Below, piece by piece: positions 26,630 through 34,914 of a DNA stretch of 64,000 nt (positions are counted from its first letter, which is position 1; every line of letters begins with the position of its first letter). Made by a program: the position numbers and the translations under genes. Source of the DNA: Bdellovibrionales bacterium (GTDB taxonomy: Bacteria; Bdellovibrionota; Bdellovibrionia; Bdellovibrionales; JAGQZY01); assembly GCA_964230645.1 (NCBI GenBank), contig CAXRHT010000002.1, positions 576,001 through 640,000 of the forward strand, in the 5' to 3' direction. The notes under the pieces were generated by a model that was not told the DNA's origin, did no database searches, and saw only the letters and a list, made by a program, of their open reading frames with translations.

Positions 26630-29482
26630 ATGTGGTCCGTTGGTTGTGAAGAAAAACATTTTATCTTTCTTAGGCGTAGTGTTGTCATTGCGGGCCAGTT
26701 TCTATTATCTCTTATTCTTTTTGCTTGCGGGGCTCCCCCACAACAGATTGATGAAGGCTCAGAAAGTCCAGCGCTCCTGGTCCTCTCTCAAGACTCAACC
26801 ACTCATCTGCCCAATTTAATCAATGGCACCTCTACACTCCACAGTATCACTCTGATTAATATGTCTGCCACAGTCCCTGCGGAAAGACTGGCTCTGAGTG
26901 GTTTACCGGGGCCTCCATTTGCTTTTAGCGGCGGTCAGTTTCCTGGCCTTGGTGGCACCTGTAGTGAAGTTCTTAATCCTGGTAATACCTGCACCATGGA
27001 ATTTGAAATCACACCCACTGTGAGCACAAGCTTTCAAAGCACTTTTCAACTCGACTACTTTGATGGACTTGAAGATGAGAGTTTGGAAATAACACTGAGT
27101 GGACAATCAAGAGACCCCTTTCCTGCTCAATTGGTCCTCAACCCCTCTTCTGATTTTGACTTTGGCCCACTAGCCATCGGAGGTTTTAGAGATCGAGTGA
27201 TCACTTTAAGTAACTCGGGGGAAATGGCAGCGACCTCGATTAATCTAACAGGACTGGCGGCTCCTTTTAGTATCGAAAATAATTCCTGTGGAACTACACT
27301 CGGAGCTGGAGAACAATGTCAGTGGAGAGTGCGATTTTCACCACTCACAGACTCTGTGAGTACTGACTCTTTGAGCTTGAACTTTTTTGATGGTGAACAG
27401 AATCAAAGTGAGGACATCAATTTCCAAGGGGAGGGAAGAATTGCTGGATTTCTAGCGATCAACGAGGGTTCAAGTTTTGACTTTCAAATTTTACTAGCCT
27501 CTCAGAGCTCCCAAAGAACTTTGACTCTCGAAAATACGGGTGGAGGCAATGTCAGTGGAATTTCTGTGGGTTCTATGAGTGCACCATTTGCCATCGTCAG
27601 CAACGATTGTCCCACTGCACTTAGCCCATCTGAGAATTGTGAGGTCGTTGTCTCCTATTCTCCCACCCAGACCCAACTCAGTCTAGAAAACTTGAATGTT
27701 AATTACTTCGATGGATTTGATCCTCAACAAAGCCAAGCTCAGTTTCGTGGCCAAGGATTTAACAACACCCTTAGCCTCAGCTTACTCTCCCCTGCATCAA
27801 CGCCTTCTAATGATGACACTCCGGAGCTTCAGATTGAAAACACCATCGACGGCCTACGCCTCCACCTCTACCAAAGTGCCAGTTGTGGCACACTTAATTC
27901 GAATCAAACTGCGTCGGGTTCACAGTTAACTTTTGAACCCACGATGGCTGAGGGTACTTATCAGTTTCATGTCCGAGCCGAAGACTCTGAGGGGAACTTT
28001 ACAGCTTGCTCCTCTGATTTTGTGGCCTTTGAGTACGACAACACGCCTCCCGCTCCCCCTAATACAATTAGTTTTCTAAGCTCTTATACAAGTCTTTCCA
28101 CTACCACTCCGACGATCTCTTGGTCTACTAGTTCAAGCCCTGATGTCGTGGACTACCAAGTGGCTATTAGCAATAGTTCTGGAGGTGGTAACAGTCATGG
28201 AGGATTCACTTCAAAAGGCAATGTCTTATCGGCCACACAAACGGGGCTTTCTCTAACAGAATGCGAATACTACTACGCGAGTGTACAAACTGAGGATCAC
28301 GTCGGCCTTATTTCATCGAGCTTTTCCGTCTCCCCTACTAGTTTTCGATATGACTCAGCCCCACCGAGTCCTCCTTCTTCACTTAACGAAAGTGGTGATG
28401 CGAGTACCACAAACTCGGCCACAGTTTCATGGAGTGCTGGGAGCGACGCCTGTGGAGTGTCCCACTATCTCGTAGCTATAAGCGAGGACCTCAATGGCAA
28501 CAACATTCTTGATCCGGGAGAGCTAGGTAACATTTTAGGTTTTACGGATGTGGGAAATATTACGACCCACCGTTTCAATAGCCTTTCTTTAAATAACGGA
28601 GTGACCCACTTCACCAGTATTAAAACGGTCGACACCACAGGCAGAGAGTCTTCGACTGTGACCTCTAAGCCATGGATTGCTTATGACCCATCCGAAGAAC
28701 TCCCGAATATGATTGCATGGCTTGACGCTAACGATCTCGCCACCCTTGTAGATAGTAACGGCAATAATGCTTTAAGTGGCTCTTTTAATGGAGAGGTGGC
28801 TTCCTGGCGGGATAAGTCAGACAGTAATACTTATCATCATTTTAATGCCATTGGTAGCTCGACAAGACCCAACTTTACCCCCTTCCAAGTCAACTTTGAT
28901 GGCTCAACTACCGGCCTTACCACTGCCAATCATGATGAGATTAATACCGATACAGTGAGACAAAGAAATTTAACGGTCGCTTTTAGAACCTCAAACGATA
29001 TTTCAAGTCGACAAGTTATTTATGAAGAAGGTGGAAGCATTCGGGGAATGAATATCTATCTTTTTAACAACCGACTCTACTGTGGATTCTATAATGACTC
29101 TGGTGGCAGCAACGGAGACGGCGACGGCAACCAACCTTTTGTCTCCGTATCAAGACCTATCTCAGCAAACACAACCTACTTTGTGACTTGGGTTTTTGAC
29201 TATAGTCACTTTGACGGAGCCGACGGACCTGATGGCGACCTTAAATGCTATGTCAACGGAGTCAATTTCGATTCCACTACGACAACTTCAAGACTTTTTG
29301 CTCATAGCGGAGCGGTTGGCTTAGGAGTCGTTAACAGTCAAACCGTTTTTGAAGATTACAGTGTTGCAAACAGCGGCAACAACTTCCTCGGAAGTCTTTA
29401 CGAAGTGATGCTCTTTAACGATGTGCCCACTGATGCTGATGTTGTAAATGTTCACACCTATCTTGATAATAAATGGAATTAA
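26630..29482 (+). CDS. Surface lipoprotein: 3 choice-of-anchor-D/ASH-type Ig domains, Ig + FN3-like stalk, LamG-like tip
   Basis: Lipobox LILFAC; repeats with FSGGQFPGLGGTC...TC as in the giant protein; stalk homologous to the giant protein C-terminus; WLDANDL...YVNG...EVMLFN...YLDNKW LamG/ConA-like end. Confidence 0.85.
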   Translation: MWSVGCEEKHFIFLRRSVVIAGQFLLSLILFACGAPPQQIDEGSESPALLVLSQDSTTHLPNLINGTSTLHSITLINMSATVPAERLALSGLPGPPFAFSGGQFPGLGGTCSEVLNPGNTCTMEFEITPTVSTSFQSTFQLDYFDGLEDESLEITLSGQSRDPFPAQLVLNPSSDFDFGPLAIGGFRDRVITLSNSGEMAATSINLTGLAAPFSIENNSCGTTLGAGEQCQWRVRFSPLTDSVSTDSLSLNFFDGEQNQSEDINFQGEGRIAGFLAINEGSSFDFQILLASQSSQRTLTLENTGGGNVSGISVGSMSAPFAIVSNDCPTALSPSENCEVVVSYSPTQTQLSLENLNVNYFDGFDPQQSQAQFRGQGFNNTLSLSLLSPASTPSNDDTPELQIENTIDGLRLHLYQSASCGTLNSNQTASGSQLTFEPTMAEGTYQFHVRAEDSEGNFTACSSDFVAFEYDNTPPAPPNTISFLSSYTSLSTTTPTISWSTSSSPDVVDYQVAISNSSGGGNSHGGFTSKGNVLSATQTGLSLTECEYYYASVQTEDHVGLISSSFSVSPTSFRYDSAPPSPPSSLNESGDASTTNSATVSWSAGSDACGVSHYLVAISEDLNGNNILDPGELGNILGFTDVGNITTHRFNSLSLNNGVTHFTSIKTVDTTGRESSTVTSKPWIAYDPSEELPNMIAWLDANDLATLVDSNGNNALSGSFNGEVASWRDKSDSNTYHHFNAIGSSTRPNFTPFQVNFDGSTTGLTTANHDEINTDTVRQRNLTVAFRTSNDISSRQVIYEEGGSIRGMNIYLFNNRLYCGFYNDSGGSNGDGDGNQPFVSVSRPISANTTYFVTWVFDYSHFDGADGPDGDLKCYVNGVNFDSTTTTSRLFAHSGAVGLGVVNSQTVFEDYSVANSGNNFLGSLYEVMLFNDVPTDADVVNVHTYLDNKWN

Positions 29483-29615
29483 CAAACACCATTTTTGAGA
29501 GAACGTCTTAAAAAGAAACAATTGGACATTCTCAATTTTCGACGTCGAAATATTAGTGACTTTTTAGAGACTCAGACATTCTCTGCTCTCTAATGCCATC
29601 TATTTCTTTCTGATC

Positions 29616-29631
29616 TGGTCGCATTTTTGCA
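29616..29631 (+). promoter_or_regulatory. Putative sigma54 promoter
   Basis: TGGTCGC-ATTT-TTGCA (GG-N10-GC) about 28 nt before ATG 29659. Confidence 0.5.
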
Positions 29632-29658
29632 ACCCTTAAAGCTATGTTTGGGGGTTCT

Positions 29659-30621
29659 ATGAAAATTATTGTTTTTTCACTTCTCATTTTTTTACCGATT
29701 GTTTTTCAAAACTGTTCGGATGCGAACTTCTCTAATTCGGATACCTTCTCAGGAAAACGACAGGCCTCAGAAAGTGATCTCTCATGCTCTGAAGGTTTGT
29801 GTGAAGACATTGGGTCCGACATTATTGATGAGGGCTTAGTCGACCAAGACGATGATACCGACTCAATTAATAGTGGAGACGGCAATAGGGACCACGATGA
29901 AAAATCACCAGGAGAGGGCGACTATGCCAATCGTGACGATCAAGCTCCCCCTTCTTATCCCAATACGGAAGAACCTAATCTACTGGAACTTATTGAACAT
30001 ATTTTTGCAGTTGAAGATTTAAAACCCTTAAGTTCAGAAACATGTGCTGAACTCTTTACAGCTCTAGAGGGTGGGATGAATCTCGATGGACAGAGCTTAA
30101 AAATAAACGCTAACTTCCAACGGGTCATAGTAAAAAATGCCGGTGATGTAAAGATCAACGGAAACACCAGACTTTTAGTGATCGATGGTGCTAAAAATGT
30201 GAAGGTCAGCGGTAACGTTGGGAGCTTGTGTATTCGAGCCCAGCATATCGATGGGATCAATGGTAATGTTGTTGGAGGTCGACAAGCTCACATCATAATT
30301 GGTCAAAACATTGATGGGCAAAAAGCTCTGGCTAAGAATATAAACGGCAATACAAGTGTATCAACCTTGGTTTTGGACATCGATGTTGAAAAGATTAACG
30401 GAAATTCCAATTACTTGAGTATTAAAAACTCTGATGTTGATAAAATTAACGGCAATACTCGTTCATTGCACATAGAGAACGTGACTCTAGAAGAACTAAA
30501 CGGAAATGCTGGCGAACTTGTTCTAAAAAAATCTCTCATCAAAAAGGTCAACGGGAATATCAGAAAACTTGAATATGATGAACAATCCGCTCTTTTGGAA
30601 ATTAACGGTAACATCAACTAA
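29659..30621 (+). CDS. FQNC-type lipoprotein with a C-terminal beta-solenoid (xxINGN repeats)
   Basis: Signal ending VFQNC, acidic linker, about ten (I/V/L)NGN-type motifs, mostly at ~17-aa spacing. Confidence 0.75.
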   Translation: MKIIVFSLLIFLPIVFQNCSDANFSNSDTFSGKRQASESDLSCSEGLCEDIGSDIIDEGLVDQDDDTDSINSGDGNRDHDEKSPGEGDYANRDDQAPPSYPNTEEPNLLELIEHIFAVEDLKPLSSETCAELFTALEGGMNLDGQSLKINANFQRVIVKNAGDVKINGNTRLLVIDGAKNVKVSGNVGSLCIRAQHIDGINGNVVGGRQAHIIIGQNIDGQKALAKNINGNTSVSTLVLDIDVEKINGNSNYLSIKNSDVDKINGNTRSLHIENVTLEELNGNAGELVLKKSLIKKVNGNIRKLEYDEQSALLEINGNIN

Positions 30622-31971
30622 TCAATCACGCTTCCACAAACCGCCAGTGGGACGACCCAACTGGCGTTCTAGAATATGTTTTACGTCCTTTGCCAAAATT
30701 CGCCCGTGAAGGACCTCACCTCCCACATAAACAATGGGACCCAAATGAATACCTAGGTAGTTGGCGTAGTCGTTGTGGTATTGGACCACTTTCTGCATGC
30801 TTTGATTCACTAAGCACTTCTTAATTGGCTCTACTTTTAAATTGAGTTTTTCTAAAGCACCATAAAGCTTATTCTCAGTCTGCTTGTCGAGTGAACCCAG
30901 GGTTAATTGAAAGTAGCGCCAAAATTTTTGTGGATAGGTCTGCCATACACAAAGATGAGCCTGGGTGATCGTATTTTGCAATTTATTGGAAGCTAAAAAA
31001 ACGGGGCGATAATAGAAACTAATCTCTGCACTATTCCCGAGAACTGGAATCATTTTCTCTAGCCACTCCGCTGAGGCCTTCTCCCTAGTCCCTCCAAGAA
31101 AGGTGATCTTCAAAGGACCTTTCCCTAACCTAGGGGTCCACTCCTCCTTGATCTCCAAACTGAAATTAGGCTTTTTTACGTCTACTAAAATTGGGAATTT
31201 GATTAAGTACTTCTCTAAAATATAGTCCAAGGCTCGTTTCTTGCGATCCAGTAAAAGTCGATCACGGGTGGCCCGGCGATTGAAGTCATTGTCTTCCATT
31301 GAATAGGTTTTGAGATAGGTATCAATGTCTTTTTTGGAAATCTTTTTTATCAAACGTTTGTAAACATGGTCTTCCCGAAATTTTTGTTCGGACACCCCTA
31401 GCTTCTGCGCTTCCGCCTTTAATATTTTTTGTTTGAGAATTTTATCGACGGAAGCCAGTTTGAAATGAAAGATCTCTGTGGCGAGCGAACCCCAAATGAA
31501 ATTGTTATAGTCGATATCCTTTTCGTAAATTTTTTGAGAATCGACTTCGGCAATGGCTTCACTCAGGTTGGGGGAGGAAAACTGAATTTTGGTTCCGCCC
31601 TGCAGCTTTACTCCGTACTGGTTGAGCAAGGAAGAGACTGAGCGAGAAACTTTGGAAAAGCGCAGATTTAATGTCTTTACTGGTTTTTTAGCCCTTGAAA
31701 CGAACTGTTGGTAGATCAAGACAAATTGCACATCTTTTTTCTTACTTAAAAAAGCGTCCATGGATGGAGAGAGTGACACTTCCCTCTCGGTGACTTCAAA
31801 AGATCCCGACTTCGCCATGATCCCGTCTGGAAGGTCTGTGAACTTGAAATACACTTCGCCGATCTCGCCTGGTTTTAGAGAGTCTGTTGATTTTTTGGAG
31901 CTCGGTAGAAATATGTAAATCAGACCTAAAACGACGATCAGGCCGATGGCAATGATGGCACTTTTTTTCAT
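30622..31971 (-). CDS. SurA-N-like plus DsbA-like thioredoxin-fold protein lacking CXXC
   Basis: N-terminal TM; AIAEVDSQKIYEKDI...KILKAEAQKLGVS (SurA-N-like); thioredoxin region KITFLGGTREKAS, HLCVW...KKCL, LGIHLGPIVYVGG. Confidence 0.7.
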   Translation of the reverse strand: MKKSAIIAIGLIVVLGLIYIFLPSSKKSTDSLKPGEIGEVYFKFTDLPDGIMAKSGSFEVTEREVSLSPSMDAFLSKKKDVQFVLIYQQFVSRAKKPVKTLNLRFSKVSRSVSSLLNQYGVKLQGGTKIQFSSPNLSEAIAEVDSQKIYEKDIDYNNFIWGSLATEIFHFKLASVDKILKQKILKAEAQKLGVSEQKFREDHVYKRLIKKISKKDIDTYLKTYSMEDNDFNRRATRDRLLLDRKKRALDYILEKYLIKFPILVDVKKPNFSLEIKEEWTPRLGKGPLKITFLGGTREKASAEWLEKMIPVLGNSAEISFYYRPVFLASNKLQNTITQAHLCVWQTYPQKFWRYFQLTLGSLDKQTENKLYGALEKLNLKVEPIKKCLVNQSMQKVVQYHNDYANYLGIHLGPIVYVGGEVLHGRILAKDVKHILERQLGRPTGGLWKRD

Positions 31972-32078
31972 TCCTCTATTTTAAAAAATCATGGGGAAGT
32001 TGCAATCAGGGAGAAGATAATAGAGACCTTGAACTGGACCTATCAGCTATTATGTTACATTTAGTCGTTTGAGAGATT

Positions 32079-32192
32079 AAAAAAAATCCGCGAGTGGATG
32101 AGACCGCTCACGGATTCCTGTAACGCCCTTTCGCATCGTCCTGATCACTGATGCCTCCCAACTTAAAAAAGCTGGGCCGTCCGTGGCGCACA
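32079..32192 (-). ncRNA. Candidate CsrA/RsmA-sequestering small RNA (~115 nt)
   Basis: GGA motifs in hairpin loops (GCC-ACGGAC-GGC, ATC-AGGAC-GAT, plus ACAGGAA), a terminal stem followed by T8, and ACCGATAA just upstream; no ORF in this intergenic region. Confidence 0.55.
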
Positions 32193-32412
32193 CCTATTTA
32201 TCGGTGTTATTCTGTATATGATGCAATGAAATGTCTCAAATTAAGAAGGCAAACTTCTCTTTTGGTCTCTTTTTGCTCTGATTCTTAGTTTTTTAAAGCT
32301 GTCAAAAATTTACACACTAAATACCCTAACTTTAACATTAAGATCATGTGTTGATCTTCAATTTAAAGGGAGGTTTTTTCTTTTGAAGTTTCGTGCGGAC
32401 CACGTGGCCAAA

Positions 32413-32458
32413 AGGTCCTTCGGCTTCGCCTCAGGACGACACTTTGCCTCAGGACGAC
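32413..32458. repeat. Half copy plus partial copy of the REP-like family seen at 1-217
   Basis: Reverse complement TGTCGTCCTGAGGCGAAGCCGAAGGACCT versus TGTCATCCTGAGGCGGAGCCGAAGGATCT at 102-130; second GCCTCAGGACGAC at 32446-32458. Confidence 0.8.
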
Positions 32459-32484
32459 GTTGAGAACTAGGAAGACATTGAGAT

Positions 32485-33276
32485 TCAAAGCAATGGTGAT
32501 TTTTTTAGTAAAGATTGTATTGTTCCATACACTAGAAAAAAGCCGAAAGTTCCCGTCACAAAAGACGCTGTGCCATAGCCTGTCTGACAATCTAAAGGTT
32601 TTTTAAAGTTCTCTGGCTTTTCGAAATGAATGTCTCCTGAAGGTGATAAAAATCTTGGCTTCTCCATTGAGTAAACACAGGGAACTCCCATGGGACCCTT
32701 ACGAGGAAAGCCATGTTTTTGCCTGAGACGTTTACGAACATGAGAAAGAAGGCTGTCCTCTTTGGACTGAGAAAGATCGGCGTAAAATATTTTCGTTGGA
32801 TCCAAACGACCTCCGGCAGCGCCAGCCAGATGAACGGGGATTTTTCTTTTTACGCACTCAACCACCAAAGCTTTCTTGGCAACAAACTCATCCACCGAAT
32901 CAATGACGGCATCAAAGCCTTCAGAGAGAATTCGGCTGGCATTGGACTCATTAAAGTCCTCGTCAAAAATTTGGATTTTGATATTGGGATTTATTTTTTT
33001 TAATCGGTCTTTGAGAGCTTTTGTTTTTAGCTGACCAATATTGCCATCAAGAGCATGGATTTGTCGGTTGGTATTACTTACACAAATATCATCAAAGTCC
33101 ATAAGACTTATCTGCCCAATTCCCGAGCGCCCTAGTGCTTCGACCACCCATGACCCCACTCCACCAAGTCCTACAACAAGAACATGAGCCTCAGCCAAAA
33201 CTTGGCTTTGTTTTTTACCCACCAGTCTCTCTATACCACCGAAACGCAACTCGAACTCAGACACTTCATTGATCAT
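32485..33276 (-). CDS. tcdA: tRNA threonylcarbamoyladenosine dehydratase (ThiF family)
   Basis: RFGGIERL, VVGLGGVGSW, DFDDICVSNTNRQIHA, GAAGGRLDPT, DC..GYGTASFVTGTFG. Confidence 0.92.
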   Translation of the reverse strand: MINEVSEFELRFGGIERLVGKKQSQVLAEAHVLVVGLGGVGSWVVEALGRSGIGQISLMDFDDICVSNTNRQIHALDGNIGQLKTKALKDRLKKINPNIKIQIFDEDFNESNASRILSEGFDAVIDSVDEFVAKKALVVECVKRKIPVHLAGAAGGRLDPTKIFYADLSQSKEDSLLSHVRKRLRQKHGFPRKGPMGVPCVYSMEKPRFLSPSGDIHFEKPENFKKPLDCQTGYGTASFVTGTFGFFLVYGTIQSLLKKSPLL

Positions 33277-33483
33277 TCCCCTTGCATATAAAAAAAATCG
33301 AGGCTTGGGAATGAAAAAAAGTCCATATTTTTCTTTATCTAAACATTCTCTAAACGAAAACTTTACAGGAGGTCTAGTTATAAATTATTGTAATCACTAC
33401 CGTTTTAATATTCTCATTATGCAAGCTCTTGGAAAAATCCTATCATTAACCTGAAAATTGAATTTCGGAAAAAGGAGTTTCCA

Positions 33484-34032
33484 ATGAAAAAAATTATTCT
33501 CGCAGTCGCAGTTCTAATGATTAGCTCAATCACTTTAGCCGACTCCCCTTTTCTTCAGTATGAATTTGGTATGGAGCATAAGGGTGATGAGTACTACGTC
33601 AGCCTTAGACTATTTGAAAACACCGACATGTCCATTGAGGTGCGCCCCATTGAAGAGGCGGGAGCTCAGATTCTAAACCCTGACATTTTTTGGACTAATA
33701 TTGAACCTCTCTTGTTTGAGCAGCTTTATGCGGGTTCAAAAACTCTTTCTCAAGAGAAAACGGAAAAGCTTTTTAACCATTTTGTTTGTGAGCTTTATGT
33801 TCCCTACGCTATGCAAGTCAATCACCTCTATATGGCAACCCCTTACGATCCTCAAGCGCAGCAATTTTCCAGTGTTCTTGAACCAGTGAAAGGCCCCGAG
33901 GGCTGCTGGGTTAAAAATACGGTTTTCTTTACTGAGGAAGAAAACAATGAAAAAGCCAACGACTTAAAAATGAAACTAAGAAATTGGTTTCAACAAAGTG
34001 CGCTTATGAATCAGCTTGTGGTGGTGCGCTAA
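33484..34032 (+). CDS. Secreted hypothetical protein
   Basis: Signal peptide, AAGGAG RBS, one Cys pair. Confidence 0.7.
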   Translation: MKKIILAVAVLMISSITLADSPFLQYEFGMEHKGDEYYVSLRLFENTDMSIEVRPIEEAGAQILNPDIFWTNIEPLLFEQLYAGSKTLSQEKTEKLFNHFVCELYVPYAMQVNHLYMATPYDPQAQQFSSVLEPVKGPEGCWVKNTVFFTEEENNEKANDLKMKLRNWFQQSALMNQLVVVR

Positions 34033-34033
34033 C

Positions 34034-34777
34034 CTAAGAATCCGTTAAAGCGGCGAAGTTACTTTGATGGCAGACCAGAAGTTCCTCCACAGTCGTGGAG
34101 CGAATTTCAGCGGCCTTCTTTAAAACCTCTTCAAAGACTTTATTAGGATTGCCGTCGTCTATCGCATTTGAGGGCGTGTCACTTTCAAATAAAATCGATT
34201 CTTTGGGAAGCTTTTCTAAGGCTTCTCTAGCCTTTTTAAAGTTATCATTAAGAATATTAGGTCCAAAAGAAATAATGATGTTATTCGCAATGTATTGCTC
34301 AGCCACTTCTACAGAGCCTGAGAAGCTATGAACAAATCCTTTCACACTGTAGTCCTTAAGAATCTCCAAAGCTTTACCGTGAGCCTGTACAATATGAAAA
34401 ACAAAGGGCTTGTTATGGGCAATCTCTAACTGGCGTTCAAACACATTGATTTGTGCTTCCTTTTTGAGAGTGGCTTCATCCCCAAAAAAATCCAAACCCA
34501 CCTCTCCAATAAAATCGGCTTGATCAGCCCAAATTTTTAATTCCTCCAGATCGCGAGACAAATCAAATTCTTTGCTCTTAATAAACCACGGATGAAGTCC
34601 GAAACAGGTTTTTATTCGACCGGGAAATTGGTTTTTGAGAGCCACTTGATGCTCCCACTCAGAGGGTTGATAGCCTCCCATAATCCACTGCTTTTCGGCA
34701 TCGGCATCTTGGATAAATTCGGTGGCCTCATCAAGATTAAGAAAAGACAGATGGGAGTGACAATCAACAACAGACAT
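34034..34777 (-). CDS. tatD: TatD-family hydrolase
   Basis: DCHSHL, GLHPW, IGEVGLDF, FH, HSFSGS, FESDTP. Confidence 0.92.
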   Translation of the reverse strand: MSVVDCHSHLSFLNLDEATEFIQDADAEKQWIMGGYQPSEWEHQVALKNQFPGRIKTCFGLHPWFIKSKEFDLSRDLEELKIWADQADFIGEVGLDFFGDEATLKKEAQINVFERQLEIAHNKPFVFHIVQAHGKALEILKDYSVKGFVHSFSGSVEVAEQYIANNIIISFGPNILNDNFKKAREALEKLPKESILFESDTPSNAIDDGNPNKVFEEVLKKAAEIRSTTVEELLVCHQSNFAALTDS

Positions 34778-34914
34778 TTGACCTCAATTATGACACAGCT
34801 TCGACTCAATTTATTGCACTTTCTACCTGATACTTAGACCTTTAGCTAGTAATACCTGAGAAGTTAAGCACATAATATCTATTTATGTTCATTGCTATGG
34901 ATTTTTTGAAAACT

